Of a DNA stretch of 64,000 nt, positions 33,751-42,221 are shown one piece after another (position 1 is the stretch's first letter; every line of letters begins with the position of its first letter). Made by a program: the position numbers and the translations under genes. The notes beneath the pieces are model-generated. The model was not told where the DNA came from, did no database searches, and saw only the letters and a list, made by a program, of their open reading frames with translations. Location: the IMG/VR virus record IMGVR_UViG_3300013901_000001; one strand, given 5' to 3'. This DNA is from a virus.

Positions 33751-34161
33751 ATGACAACACAGGAATACTTAAGTCAGGTAGAAAGATATAACCGCATGAT
33801 TAAAAACAAACTGGAAGATATTGGAAAACTTCGGGCAATGGCTACGTCCATTACTTTAAGTCCAAAAGATGTTGATGTTCAGAAAACAACAGAAAAAGAT
33901 AAAATCGGATCCGTTGTTGTAAAAATTATCGACATGGAAAAAGAAGTTGACGCCCTGATTGACAAAAGATGCCGAATTATTAATCAGATTGAAAGCGTGA
34001 CGGATCAGAATATGTATGAGGTTCTTGCGCAGAGATACATAAAAAACATTCAGCCTAAGTCAATTTGTATTGAAAAAATTGGTTCGGAGAGACACATTCG
34101 CCGGATTTTAAGATCAGCAGAGACGGAATTTGAGCGTATGTATGGAGCGGAATATATGTAA
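33751..34161 (+). CDS. sigma-70 region-4-like / DUF1492-like putative late regulator
   Basis: N-terminal YLSQVERYNRMIKNKLEDIGKLRAMA and C-terminal HTH MYEVLAQRYIKNIQPKSICIEKIGSERHIRRIL. Confidence 0.4.
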   Translation: MTTQEYLSQVERYNRMIKNKLEDIGKLRAMATSITLSPKDVDVQKTTEKDKIGSVVVKIIDMEKEVDALIDKRCRIINQIESVTDQNMYEVLAQRYIKNIQPKSICIEKIGSERHIRRILRSAETEFERMYGAEYM

Positions 34162-34331
34162 TGTCCGCAGATGTCCGCATTTGTCATTATATGTCAGTTG
34201 AAATACGAAAAACCGTATTTTATAATTAAAATCGAAATAGTACCGATAGAAGTATTCCTCATTTGTATCACCCCAATGTGAAAGCACCGTCTTTATGGAT
34301 GGTGCTTTTTGCATGTTGAAAAGAGGTTTTT

Positions 34332-34529
34332 ATGAAATACAAACCAAAAACCATATACTGTCCACAATGCAACCGCAAGGTAGGAACACATGATGGACGA
34401 TCAACAAACAATCTTATTTGCAGATGTAAGAAGTGTAAAAAGAGAGTTATTTATTATCCAGCAACTATGGAAACGGAAGTAAAGCCACTTCCGAAAAGAA
34501 CCACAAGCAGCGGAATGACATTTATCTAG
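34332..34529 (+). CDS. Com-like zinc-finger protein
   Basis: YCPQCNRKVG...LICRCKKCKKRVIY arrangement resembles Mu Com (from memory). Confidence 0.45.
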   Translation: MKYKPKTIYCPQCNRKVGTHDGRSTNNLICRCKKCKKRVIYYPATMETEVKPLPKRTTSSGMTFI

Positions 34530-34537
34530 GAGTAATT

Positions 34538-36073
34538 ATGCAGACAGGAAGAACCGTTTTATACACTGATGTGCCAGAAATTACATACGATAACGTTATT
34601 GAAGTCTTAAGAAAAGCAATGTCGGGGCATACAGTCAATTCTGCAAGAATAAAGTTTTTGCTTGAATATGATGCCGGATATCAGCCGATTTTAAGAAAGA
34701 AAATAGTACGTCCTGAAATTGATTGTCAATGCGTAGATAACGTGGCAAATGAAATAACAGAATTTTGGTGTGGTTTTTGTGGAGGAAATCCGATTACCTT
34801 AGTCCAGAATGGAGATAGCACTAATCCTAGAATTGCAGAAGGAATCAAGGCATTAAATAAAGAATACGATTTAGCAAAGATAAAAACCAAAACGCAAGAA
34901 ACATTTCGATATATGTTTGTTTGCGGAATTGGCTATGTACTGATTGACGTAAATACGGAATGGAAAAAAGGAAAAAGCCATTTTACTTACGATGTTCTTG
35001 ATCCTAGAACAGCATTCGTTGTTAAGTCAAGTTATTATCCGGATCACAGGGTAATGCTTGGAGTTACTTATAGACATGATGATTCATCCGGAAATACATA
35101 CTTTACTTGCTATAGCAAAGATGAGCGATATGAAATCAAGAATCAAGTAGAGCATATGGAAAGAAGCGGAGAAATCAATTTATTAGGAACCATTCCAATT
35201 ATTGAATATTTCAGATCCTATGATCGTATGGGAGTATGGGAAAGACAGATTCCGGAAATGGATAACTTGAATTTAATGATATCTGATTTTTCCAATGATG
35301 TAGACCAGAACACACAGGCTATTTTTCATTCAAACGATATAGAATTTCCTAAAGTTACTGTAGAAAATGAAGATGGAACAGTTACAGAAGAAGTTAAAAA
35401 GCCCAAAAACGGTGACTGGCTACAAACTTTTACTACGTCAGAAGGAAAAACACCAATTATTGAACCAATATCAATAGATTATGATTATTCTGGAATGCTG
35501 AATAACATACAAGTAAGAAGGCAAATGATATTGGAAAAATGCAACGTTCCACAAAGAAATGATAATTCCGGTGGAAGTACGGGAGTTGCCATGAGTGACG
35601 CTACCGGGTGGAGTCATGCGGAAATGGCAGCTTCAAAGCAGCAGATGATTATTGATTCCTGCAAAATGGAAGAAGTAGAAGTTGTTCTCGCAGCTATTAA
35701 TATTTCTCAAGAAGTGGAACAGGAGAATCCACTTAGGGAACTTAGCTTGGAAGATATAGAGCCAAACATTAAACGGCAAAAAACATATGAAATGTCTACA
35801 AAAGTTAATTCTATGGCAACTTTGTTAAGCCATGGATTTAGCCTTGAAGATGCTGTCAATTCAATTCCTTTCTTTGATGATCCAAATGAGGTTTGCTTGA
35901 GAAGCGGAGAAGGAATAAAGAAATATCAAGATAGCATATTTAATAAAACTTCACAGAATCAAGCGCAAGGTGGAGATGGAGAACAAAAACCAAACTCTGA
36001 CAGGACAATGCAGGATCTTTCCGATCAGGTTTCCAATAGTCCGGTAATTGATAAGAGCCGAACAGATAAGTAG
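34538..36073 (+). CDS. portal protein
   Basis: 511 aa. Lies between terL and the head-morphogenesis gene. Confidence 0.7.
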   Translation: MQTGRTVLYTDVPEITYDNVIEVLRKAMSGHTVNSARIKFLLEYDAGYQPILRKKIVRPEIDCQCVDNVANEITEFWCGFCGGNPITLVQNGDSTNPRIAEGIKALNKEYDLAKIKTKTQETFRYMFVCGIGYVLIDVNTEWKKGKSHFTYDVLDPRTAFVVKSSYYPDHRVMLGVTYRHDDSSGNTYFTCYSKDERYEIKNQVEHMERSGEINLLGTIPIIEYFRSYDRMGVWERQIPEMDNLNLMISDFSNDVDQNTQAIFHSNDIEFPKVTVENEDGTVTEEVKKPKNGDWLQTFTTSEGKTPIIEPISIDYDYSGMLNNIQVRRQMILEKCNVPQRNDNSGGSTGVAMSDATGWSHAEMAASKQQMIIDSCKMEEVEVVLAAINISQEVEQENPLRELSLEDIEPNIKRQKTYEMSTKVNSMATLLSHGFSLEDAVNSIPFFDDPNEVCLRSGEGIKKYQDSIFNKTSQNQAQGGDGEQKPNSDRTMQDLSDQVSNSPVIDKSRTDK

Positions 36074-36080
36074 GTGACCT

Positions 36081-36677
36081 ATGGACAAATTAAATGCATT
36101 GTCGTTTGATCGGTATTTTGGAGAAATGGAACTATCCGAAAGCCAAAAGAAAATGAGAATTGAAGAAGCAGACCAGTTTGAAGAAATGATGTTTTTTATC
36201 TTTGAACTGGTTTCTATTATGTCAGATTACCAGTACATAAACAAGGGATATCTGGAACAAGAACTGAAACAGCGTTATTTAAATATAGCTGAAAAGTATT
36301 CCGGCATTGATGATTATGTAGAGGATTATGCACGTGAATTTGCTTCTTTAACCATTCAGGTTACATTAGAAAACCTGTCCGATGATTATTATACGTCAGA
36401 AGAGAGAGCAACGCTGATAGCGGAAAATGAAGCCAATAGCAATATAAATTATTTTGACATGAAACAGGCTATTGAAGAAAGAAAAACAAAAAAGCGTTGG
36501 AAAACACAACGGGATAAGAAAGTAAGGGAAACACATAGACGGATTGACGGACAAGAAATTGACATTGAAGACGCTTTTCTTGTAGGTGACAGTTTAATGA
36601 GGTTTCCAAAAGACATTTATTACGGTGCAAGACTTGAAGAGATAGCCGGATGTAGATGTGTAGTTGAATATTTATGA
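36081..36677 (+). CDS. minor head / head morphogenesis protein (SPP1 gp7 / Mu F-like)
   Basis: KKRWKTQRDKKVRETHRRIDGQEIDIEDAF matches the W.T..D..VR..H...DG signature. Confidence 0.65.
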   Translation: MDKLNALSFDRYFGEMELSESQKKMRIEEADQFEEMMFFIFELVSIMSDYQYINKGYLEQELKQRYLNIAEKYSGIDDYVEDYAREFASLTIQVTLENLSDDYYTSEERATLIAENEANSNINYFDMKQAIEERKTKKRWKTQRDKKVRETHRRIDGQEIDIEDAFLVGDSLMRFPKDIYYGARLEEIAGCRCVVEYL

Positions 36678-36681
36678 TATC

Positions 36682-36714
36682 AAGCCATTAGGAATTTTTC
36701 TAGTGGCTTTTTAT
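36682..36714 (+). terminator. intrinsic terminator candidate
   Basis: aagccattag-8 nt-ctagtggctt followed by tttat. Confidence 0.55.
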
Positions 36715-36803
36715 ATGCCCCAGAGAAGGGGTTTTTAAATTTCGCAAACGTCAGAGAAAGACGGAATAACGAGCAAAATTATTGAAAGAACGAGGTAAAA
36801 AAC

Positions 36804-37409
36804 ATGGAAGCAACAGAAACCAAAACACAGTTACCAGATCAGCAGGTAAAGACGGATGTAAAACAGGTTCCGGAAGATTCTTCAAAAGAAAAGAATCAGG
36901 AAACTCCTAAAGCACCAAGCGTAGAGGAACTTATGGCACAGCTTGCCGCACAGAAAGCAGAAACTGAAAAATACAAAAATCAGTACAACAAAGCCAGTTC
37001 CGAAGCAGCAGAATCCAAGAAGCAGTTAAGGTCTAAGCAGACAGCAGAGGAAATTGAAGCGGCTGCAAAAGCCGAAGCGGAGAGAATCAAGGACGAAAAA
37101 CTTGAAGCCATGAGCAAAGAACTTAATCACATTAAGGCTGTTGCTGCTTATAAGAATGTTTCTGAAAAATCAATTGAAACCTTAATTGAAGCGGTTTCTG
37201 AAAACGACCATGCAGCAATCGCAACCATTATTGAAAACGAAGTGAAAGCTGGAATCACGAACGCACAGGCAGAATGGATGAAGAGCAGACCGAGAGTAAA
37301 TGCCGGGAACACTGCTTATTCCGGAATGACTGCGGATCAGATCATGGCTATCGAGGATAGAAGCGAAAGAAGAAAAGCAATCGCTTTAAATCCGGAATTA
37401 TTCACCTAA
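36804..37409 (+). CDS. scaffolding protein
   Basis: Lys/Glu/Ala-rich coiled-coil protein immediately upstream of the capsid gene. Confidence 0.65.
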   Translation: MEATETKTQLPDQQVKTDVKQVPEDSSKEKNQETPKAPSVEELMAQLAAQKAETEKYKNQYNKASSEAAESKKQLRSKQTAEEIEAAAKAEAERIKDEKLEAMSKELNHIKAVAAYKNVSEKSIETLIEAVSENDHAAIATIIENEVKAGITNAQAEWMKSRPRVNAGNTAYSGMTADQIMAIEDRSERRKAIALNPELFT

Positions 37410-37425
37410 AACAGGAGGTTAGGAA

Positions 37426-38571
37426 ATGGCAGCAGAAGAGAATTTAATTAAGAAAGAAGACCTTGCGAGAGCAAGAGAGATTGAATTTGTAAACCTTTTT
37501 GGATATTCCATTAAAAAGTTAATGGAAGCATTAGGGGTTACTAGAAAGATTCCGAAGGAAGCCGGGACTGTACTTAAGTCTTACAAGGCTACCGGAACAT
37601 TGCAGGACGGAAACGTTGCAGAAGGTGAGATTATTCCACTTTCCAAGTATAAGACCGAACCTGTCAACTATGATGAAATTACATTGAAGAAGTGGAGAAA
37701 AGCCACTTCCGCAGAAGCAATTATTGAGAGAGGTTACGATCAGGCAGTCCAGATGACAATGGATAAAATGCTTCAAGATGTGCAGAAGGGAATCAGAAAG
37801 AATTTCTTTGATTTTCTTTCTACTGGAACCGGATCTTGTTCAGGAAAAACATTCCAGGCAGCTTTAGCACAGGCTTGGGGACAGTTGCAGGTTTTGTTTG
37901 AGGATGATGAAATCGGAGCGGTTTATTTTATGAATCCGCTTGATGTAGCTGATTATCTTGCAACAGCGCAGATCACCATTCAGACTGCTTTTGGTATGAC
38001 TTACGTTGAAAACTTCCTGAATCTCGGAACCGTTATTTTTAACGCTTCCGTACCAAAGGGAACTATCTACGCAACGGCAAAGGATAATATTGTCCTTTAC
38101 TACATTCCTACCAACGGAGCAGATCTTGATGAGGTATTCTCCTTTACCAGTGACCCGACCGGATATATCGGAGTGCATGAAAGTCCGGATTACGACAACA
38201 TGACCGCAAAAGACACCGTAATTTCCGGTATTGTTTTGTTTGCAGAAAGAATTGACGGTATCGTTGTTTCTACAATTACCGGTGACAACACCCTTGGAAC
38301 ACTTACTGTAAACAGTGTTGCAGGAACAGCGGTTGGAGATACAAAAGTAACCGTAAGTCCGTCTCTTACAAGTGGAAATTCCTATAAGTACAAGGTTGCA
38401 GACACAGAGCAGGAAGTGACCTATGGAAAGAGCGTACAGGTATGGAGTGCTTGGAACGGAACCTCTGATATCACCGCAGAATCCGGAAAGGTAATTACGG
38501 TCGTTGAGTGCGACAGTGCTTACAAGGCAGTAAAAGCCGGTCACGCAACAGTAACATCTAAGCAGTCTTAA
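37426..38571 (+). CDS. major capsid protein with C-terminal Ig-like extension
   Basis: Size and position after the scaffold gene. C-terminal TLTVNSVAGTAVGDTKVTVSPSL...KYKVAD segment. Confidence 0.7.
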   Translation: MAAEENLIKKEDLARAREIEFVNLFGYSIKKLMEALGVTRKIPKEAGTVLKSYKATGTLQDGNVAEGEIIPLSKYKTEPVNYDEITLKKWRKATSAEAIIERGYDQAVQMTMDKMLQDVQKGIRKNFFDFLSTGTGSCSGKTFQAALAQAWGQLQVLFEDDEIGAVYFMNPLDVADYLATAQITIQTAFGMTYVENFLNLGTVIFNASVPKGTIYATAKDNIVLYYIPTNGADLDEVFSFTSDPTGYIGVHESPDYDNMTAKDTVISGIVLFAERIDGIVVSTITGDNTLGTLTVNSVAGTAVGDTKVTVSPSLTSGNSYKYKVADTEQEVTYGKSVQVWSAWNGTSDITAESGKVITVVECDSAYKAVKAGHATVTSKQS

Positions 38572-38581
38572 GGAGTAGATT

Positions 38582-38959
38582 ATGTCAGCATACACAGTAT
38601 TGGAACAGGTAAAGATCCGTTTAAAACAATTTCATATGGAAACGGTTGAAAGCGATGGCTTTACTTCCAGTACTGTGATGTTTGACCGTAAGGAAGATAA
38701 TCCACTTTTGGAGCAGTTAATCAATCAAGCTACGGAAGATATCAAGAACAAAAGAAGATATCCAAGCGATTATACAAAAGAAGAAATCGAGGAAGACCTT
38801 AAGCGGTATGAATCCGTTCTTATCAATGTTGTCGTTTATGACCGTATGAAGTTGGGGGGAGATTTCCAACAGTCAGACAGTGAGAATGGGAAATCGAGAA
38901 CATGGGTTGACCGAAATACGTTATTCAAAGAGATATATCCGATAGCTAGGATTGTTTAG
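38582..38959 (+). CDS. head-tail connector (gp6-like)
   Basis: Size and position. N-terminal LEQVKIRLKQ pattern. Confidence 0.5.
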   Translation: MSAYTVLEQVKIRLKQFHMETVESDGFTSSTVMFDRKEDNPLLEQLINQATEDIKNKRRYPSDYTKEEIEEDLKRYESVLINVVVYDRMKLGGDFQQSDSENGKSRTWVDRNTLFKEIYPIARIV

Positions 38960-39065
38960 AAGATTGAGCGTTATGTTTTGCTGAAAACGGCAGAATGTAG
39001 CAGGGCGCATACTTTTAAGTGGCGGTGGGCAGTATGCAAAATAAACGAGAAAGGCGGTATATGAT

Positions 39066-39380
39066 GTGACTATAGAAATTTCTACGGCAATCATTATCAG
39101 CGTTTTATCGCTTGGTTTTTCTGTATTTATGGGTTTGAAGAACAGCAAGAGAACAGATACAAAAGACATTGAAGAGAGAGTAAAGGAAAATACTCGTATC
39201 AACATGAAACTTGACGGAATCACCAGTAATACGGCAGAAATCAAAGCTGAACTTTCTGAAATGAGAAAAGAGATTAATTCTCACGATTCAAGACTTGTAA
39301 AGATTGAAGAAAGCGTTAAGTCGGCGCATCACCGGATTGACGGAATTGAAAAAGCGGTTCGGTGTGAAAAAGAGGAATAG
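39066..39380 (+). CDS. membrane-anchored coiled-coil protein
   Basis: GTG start. TAIIISVLSLGFSVFMGL hydrophobic helix, then heptad-like sequence. Unusual inside a head-tail joining module. Confidence 0.45.
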   Translation: MTIEISTAIIISVLSLGFSVFMGLKNSKRTDTKDIEERVKENTRINMKLDGITSNTAEIKAELSEMRKEINSHDSRLVKIEESVKSAHHRIDGIEKAVRCEKEE

Positions 39381-39382
39381 CG

Positions 39383-39814
39383 ATGCTTGATATTAATAAG
39401 CAGAAAATGTTTTATTCGCTGATTGGCGGTAAAGTACCAGTTTACGAACTGGGTAAAGACGGAAAAGTTAAGACGGTTATTGTTGACGGTAAAGAAGTTC
39501 CGAAGACAACAGGAGAGTATCGGACAGGTTATGGAAAGCCTATCTGTTTTTATGCCAATATCAGCAATAAATTAGATGAAGCACTTGCTAAGTCTTTTGG
39601 TATTGATGATTCAACCAACTATGTGCAGATTTGCGCAGAAAAGAATGAACTGCCGTTGACCGTAGGAAGCGTAATTTGGAAAAGATCTGTAGTAGCATAT
39701 GAAGATGCCGACCAAACGATTGTAGACGCTCTATCAGCCGATTACACGGTTAAGGGCGTAGCTGATGAAGGACTTACCGTTGATTTGTTCTTATTACAGA
39801 GAAATGTAAAGTAG
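39383..39814 (+). CDS. head-tail joining protein
   Basis: Position and size only. Confidence 0.4.
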   Translation: MLDINKQKMFYSLIGGKVPVYELGKDGKVKTVIVDGKEVPKTTGEYRTGYGKPICFYANISNKLDEALAKSFGIDDSTNYVQICAEKNELPLTVGSVIWKRSVVAYEDADQTIVDALSADYTVKGVADEGLTVDLFLLQRNVK

Positions 39815-39822
39815 GTAACCGT

Positions 39823-40371
39823 ATGTCAAAGACAATCAACGTAAACATTTTATCGCAAAAATCCATACAGAACGCCATTAAAGAAATCCGTGATTATCAG
39901 AATGACTTCCACAGAAAATTGGAAGTTTTTGTTTCGCGACTTGCAGATGCCGGAATTGAAGTGGCACAGAACAACGTTGGCGGTTTTGGAAGATACATTG
40001 TCTTTTCAAAAGAAGTTGACCCAAAAGAAACAGGGTGCACGGTTATTATTCATGCGAAAGAAACCGGAAAGATTATTAGCAGTTGGCAGACAAAAGACGG
40101 AGTTAAAAGTGCAGAAGTATCACCATTGCTTATGGCAGAGTTCGGATCCGGTTTCGGTGCTGAAAATCCCCAAAACATTCCGGGAGTAGGACAAGGAACA
40201 TTCCCGGAACAGAAACATGCTTTTGATAAAGAAGGTTGGTATTGGAAAGATTTAGACGGAAATCTGCATCATTCCAGAGGAATAGAAGCCAGAATGCCAA
40301 TGTACAAGGCAAGCCTTGAAATCATTGAGCAGTGCGGAAGAATTGCAAAGGAGGTGTTTTCCAATGGTTAG
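39823..40371 (+). CDS. head-tail joining protein
   Basis: Position and size only. Confidence 0.4.
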   Translation: MSKTINVNILSQKSIQNAIKEIRDYQNDFHRKLEVFVSRLADAGIEVAQNNVGGFGRYIVFSKEVDPKETGCTVIIHAKETGKIISSWQTKDGVKSAEVSPLLMAEFGSGFGAENPQNIPGVGQGTFPEQKHAFDKEGWYWKDLDGNLHHSRGIEARMPMYKASLEIIEQCGRIAKEVFSNG

Positions 40372-40792
40372 GGAAGATAACTGGGCGTTTGAAATCGAAT
40401 CGGAAATCTTTACAACCGTAAAAGCGAAAGCAATGCCGATTTTGCAAGAACAATTTCCGGACACAGATTTTTCAGAATCTTTTACGAATGTTAAGGGAAG
40501 CCTTGATAAAGCTGTTTTTCCAACAATTTACATTCACGAATTGCCAGGAGTGCAAAAGGGGCAAGCACTTGATGTAGTTGGAATTGATGCAGTCCTTGAA
40601 AGTTTTCAAGTCGATGTTATCACAAATACAAGTCAAGGAGATACAAAAAAGATTCTCGGAATTATCTTGAACGTTTTTAGTATGCTTCGGTTTTCCGTAA
40701 CGGCAATGCCGGAGTTTAACAATGAAAGTGAAAAGAAATTCCGATGTACGGGAAGAGTACGGCGTCTGATTGGCGCAAGCGATTCTTTATAA
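40364..40792 (+). CDS. tail completion/terminator-like protein
   Basis: ATG at 40364 after aaggagg. The listed start at 40316 overlaps the upstream gene by 56 nt. Confidence 0.4.
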   Translation: MVREDNWAFEIESEIFTTVKAKAMPILQEQFPDTDFSESFTNVKGSLDKAVFPTIYIHELPGVQKGQALDVVGIDAVLESFQVDVITNTSQGDTKKILGIILNVFSMLRFSVTAMPEFNNESEKKFRCTGRVRRLIGASDSL

Positions 40793-40804
40793 AAACAGTA
40801 ACAA

Positions 40805-40829
40805 AGAGCCGATAGGCTCTATTTTTTTA
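40805..40829 (+). terminator. intrinsic terminator
   Basis: agagcc-gata-ggctct followed by attttttt. Confidence 0.75.
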
Positions 40830-40852
40830 TGCAAATTTAAGGAGGTATAGAT

Positions 40853-41326
40853 ATGGCAGTAGCTGGTTTAGCGTCACTCGGCATTAGACTGGGTTATGCA
40901 GTAGAATCAACAAAAGATACGAAGCCGACCGCGTTTACTGGTCTTACCAGAATTAATACGATCGGTGGAATTACCATTGATCCGGAGACAATTGATGCGT
41001 CTGCATTGGAAGATCTGATTACACGTAACATTAAGGGACGCGCGGACACAGGCGGTTCATGGCCGGTAACCGTAAATATCACAGATGATACGATTACAGA
41101 ATGGACTACACTGATTGCGGCTTACAAGGCATTGACTGGCGGAAAACGTATGTGGTTTGAGGTTTACCACCCGGATCTTGAAAAAGCGTTTTTTGTTATT
41201 GCACAGCCACCGGAACACATCCCGATGCCTGAAAGTTCTCAAAATGCTCTTTGGACGGTTGACATGAACCTTGTCATTGAAGAGTATAAGGGACTTGATA
41301 CAAAGGTAGAAGTATCGGGGGAATAA
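40853..41326 (+). CDS. major tail protein
   Basis: aaggaggtatagat RBS. 157 aa. Directly upstream of the chaperone pair and the tape measure gene. Confidence 0.6.
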   Translation: MAVAGLASLGIRLGYAVESTKDTKPTAFTGLTRINTIGGITIDPETIDASALEDLITRNIKGRADTGGSWPVTVNITDDTITEWTTLIAAYKALTGGKRMWFEVYHPDLEKAFFVIAQPPEHIPMPESSQNALWTVDMNLVIEEYKGLDTKVEVSGE

Positions 41327-41464
41327 GTAGTCAATCACGCTCCAAGAAAAGCAAAGCCGTTGTGATTGACGAAGAAGAAACGGCAGACACTTATTGACAG
41401 AGTTTAGGGCGGTCTCCGGACTGCCCTTTTCCCTATAACTAGGGAGGGAAAAGCGAGGTAGAAT

Positions 41465-41797
41465 ATGAAAACATTTGAAATCAACGGGAAAAAGTACAAG
41501 TCAAAGGAATTTGACCTTAACATGATCTGCGATCTGGAAGACATGGGAATTTCCATGGAAGATGCGGAAAAGAAGCCTATGTCCATGGTGCGTGCATATT
41601 TTGGGCTTTGCGCCGGATTTAACAAGGAAAAAGCCGGAAAAGAGATTCAGGAACACATGATTTCCGGTGGTAAGTTTGACGGAATCATGGAAGCTATGGG
41701 GGATGAAATGAATAACTCCGATTTTTTTCGCGCTCTCTCAGAGAAGAAGAAAGAGGAAAATCCAGAGGGAGAGACAACGGAGAATACGGAGAAATAA
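41465..41797 (+). CDS. tail assembly chaperone (gpG-like)
   Basis: Position upstream of the tape measure gene. Acidic C-terminus. Confidence 0.65.
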   Translation: MKTFEINGKKYKSKEFDLNMICDLEDMGISMEDAEKKPMSMVRAYFGLCAGFNKEKAGKEIQEHMISGGKFDGIMEAMGDEMNNSDFFRALSEKKKEENPEGETTENTEK

Positions 41798-42192
41798 CAA
41801 GAAAACGATACGGTTCGTTCCGGGAACTGTTTTTAGACCTGTGGTATCCGGAGTTGTACCCAATGGGAATAACGTTGGAACAATTCTGGAGTTTAAACCC
41901 ACGGAAAATAAAGGCAATTCTTAAGGGGCATAACAATCTGCTTAAGGAAAGAGATCGTGAGAATTGGATTAACGGTCAATATATGATATCTGCCATTGCT
42001 ACGGCATTTAACAGCAAGGCAAAGTATATTGAAGAGCCGCTTCTTGAAAAGGCTGAAAGGGAAAACAAACCATTTAGCCATGAAGAGCAAATGGAAAAGG
42101 TTAAGAGGGTATTCCAGTCCTTACAGATTATGCAGAGTAACTTTGAATTGTCGAAGATGAAAAAAGAAAATGAGGGCGGCGTGGTGTCATAG
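41465..42192 (+). CDS. tail assembly chaperone frameshift product (gpGT-like, -1 shift at 41722-41728)
   Basis: The -1 frame is open from 41716 to 42192 and includes listed ORF 41854..42192. A T7 slippery run sits in the X_XXY_YYZ phase of the zero frame. Confidence 0.6.
41722..41728 (+). promoter_or_regulatory. -1 programmed ribosomal frameshift slippery heptamer U_UUU_UUU
   Basis: ga-ttttttt-cg. Zero-frame codons are gat ttt ttt cgc. Confidence 0.6.
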
Positions 42193-42221
42193 CTATGCCG
42201 TCTATTTTGCGAGGTGAGATT

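Noticed and set aside
37864-38595. 243-aa antisense ORF opposite the capsid gene. Similar long antisense ORFs occur at 28192..28650, 45704..46090, 55094..55651 and 62776..63270.
   Set aside because: Each lies entirely within a well-supported sense gene. They have Ser/Cys/Leu-rich composition typical of antisense frames and no RBS.
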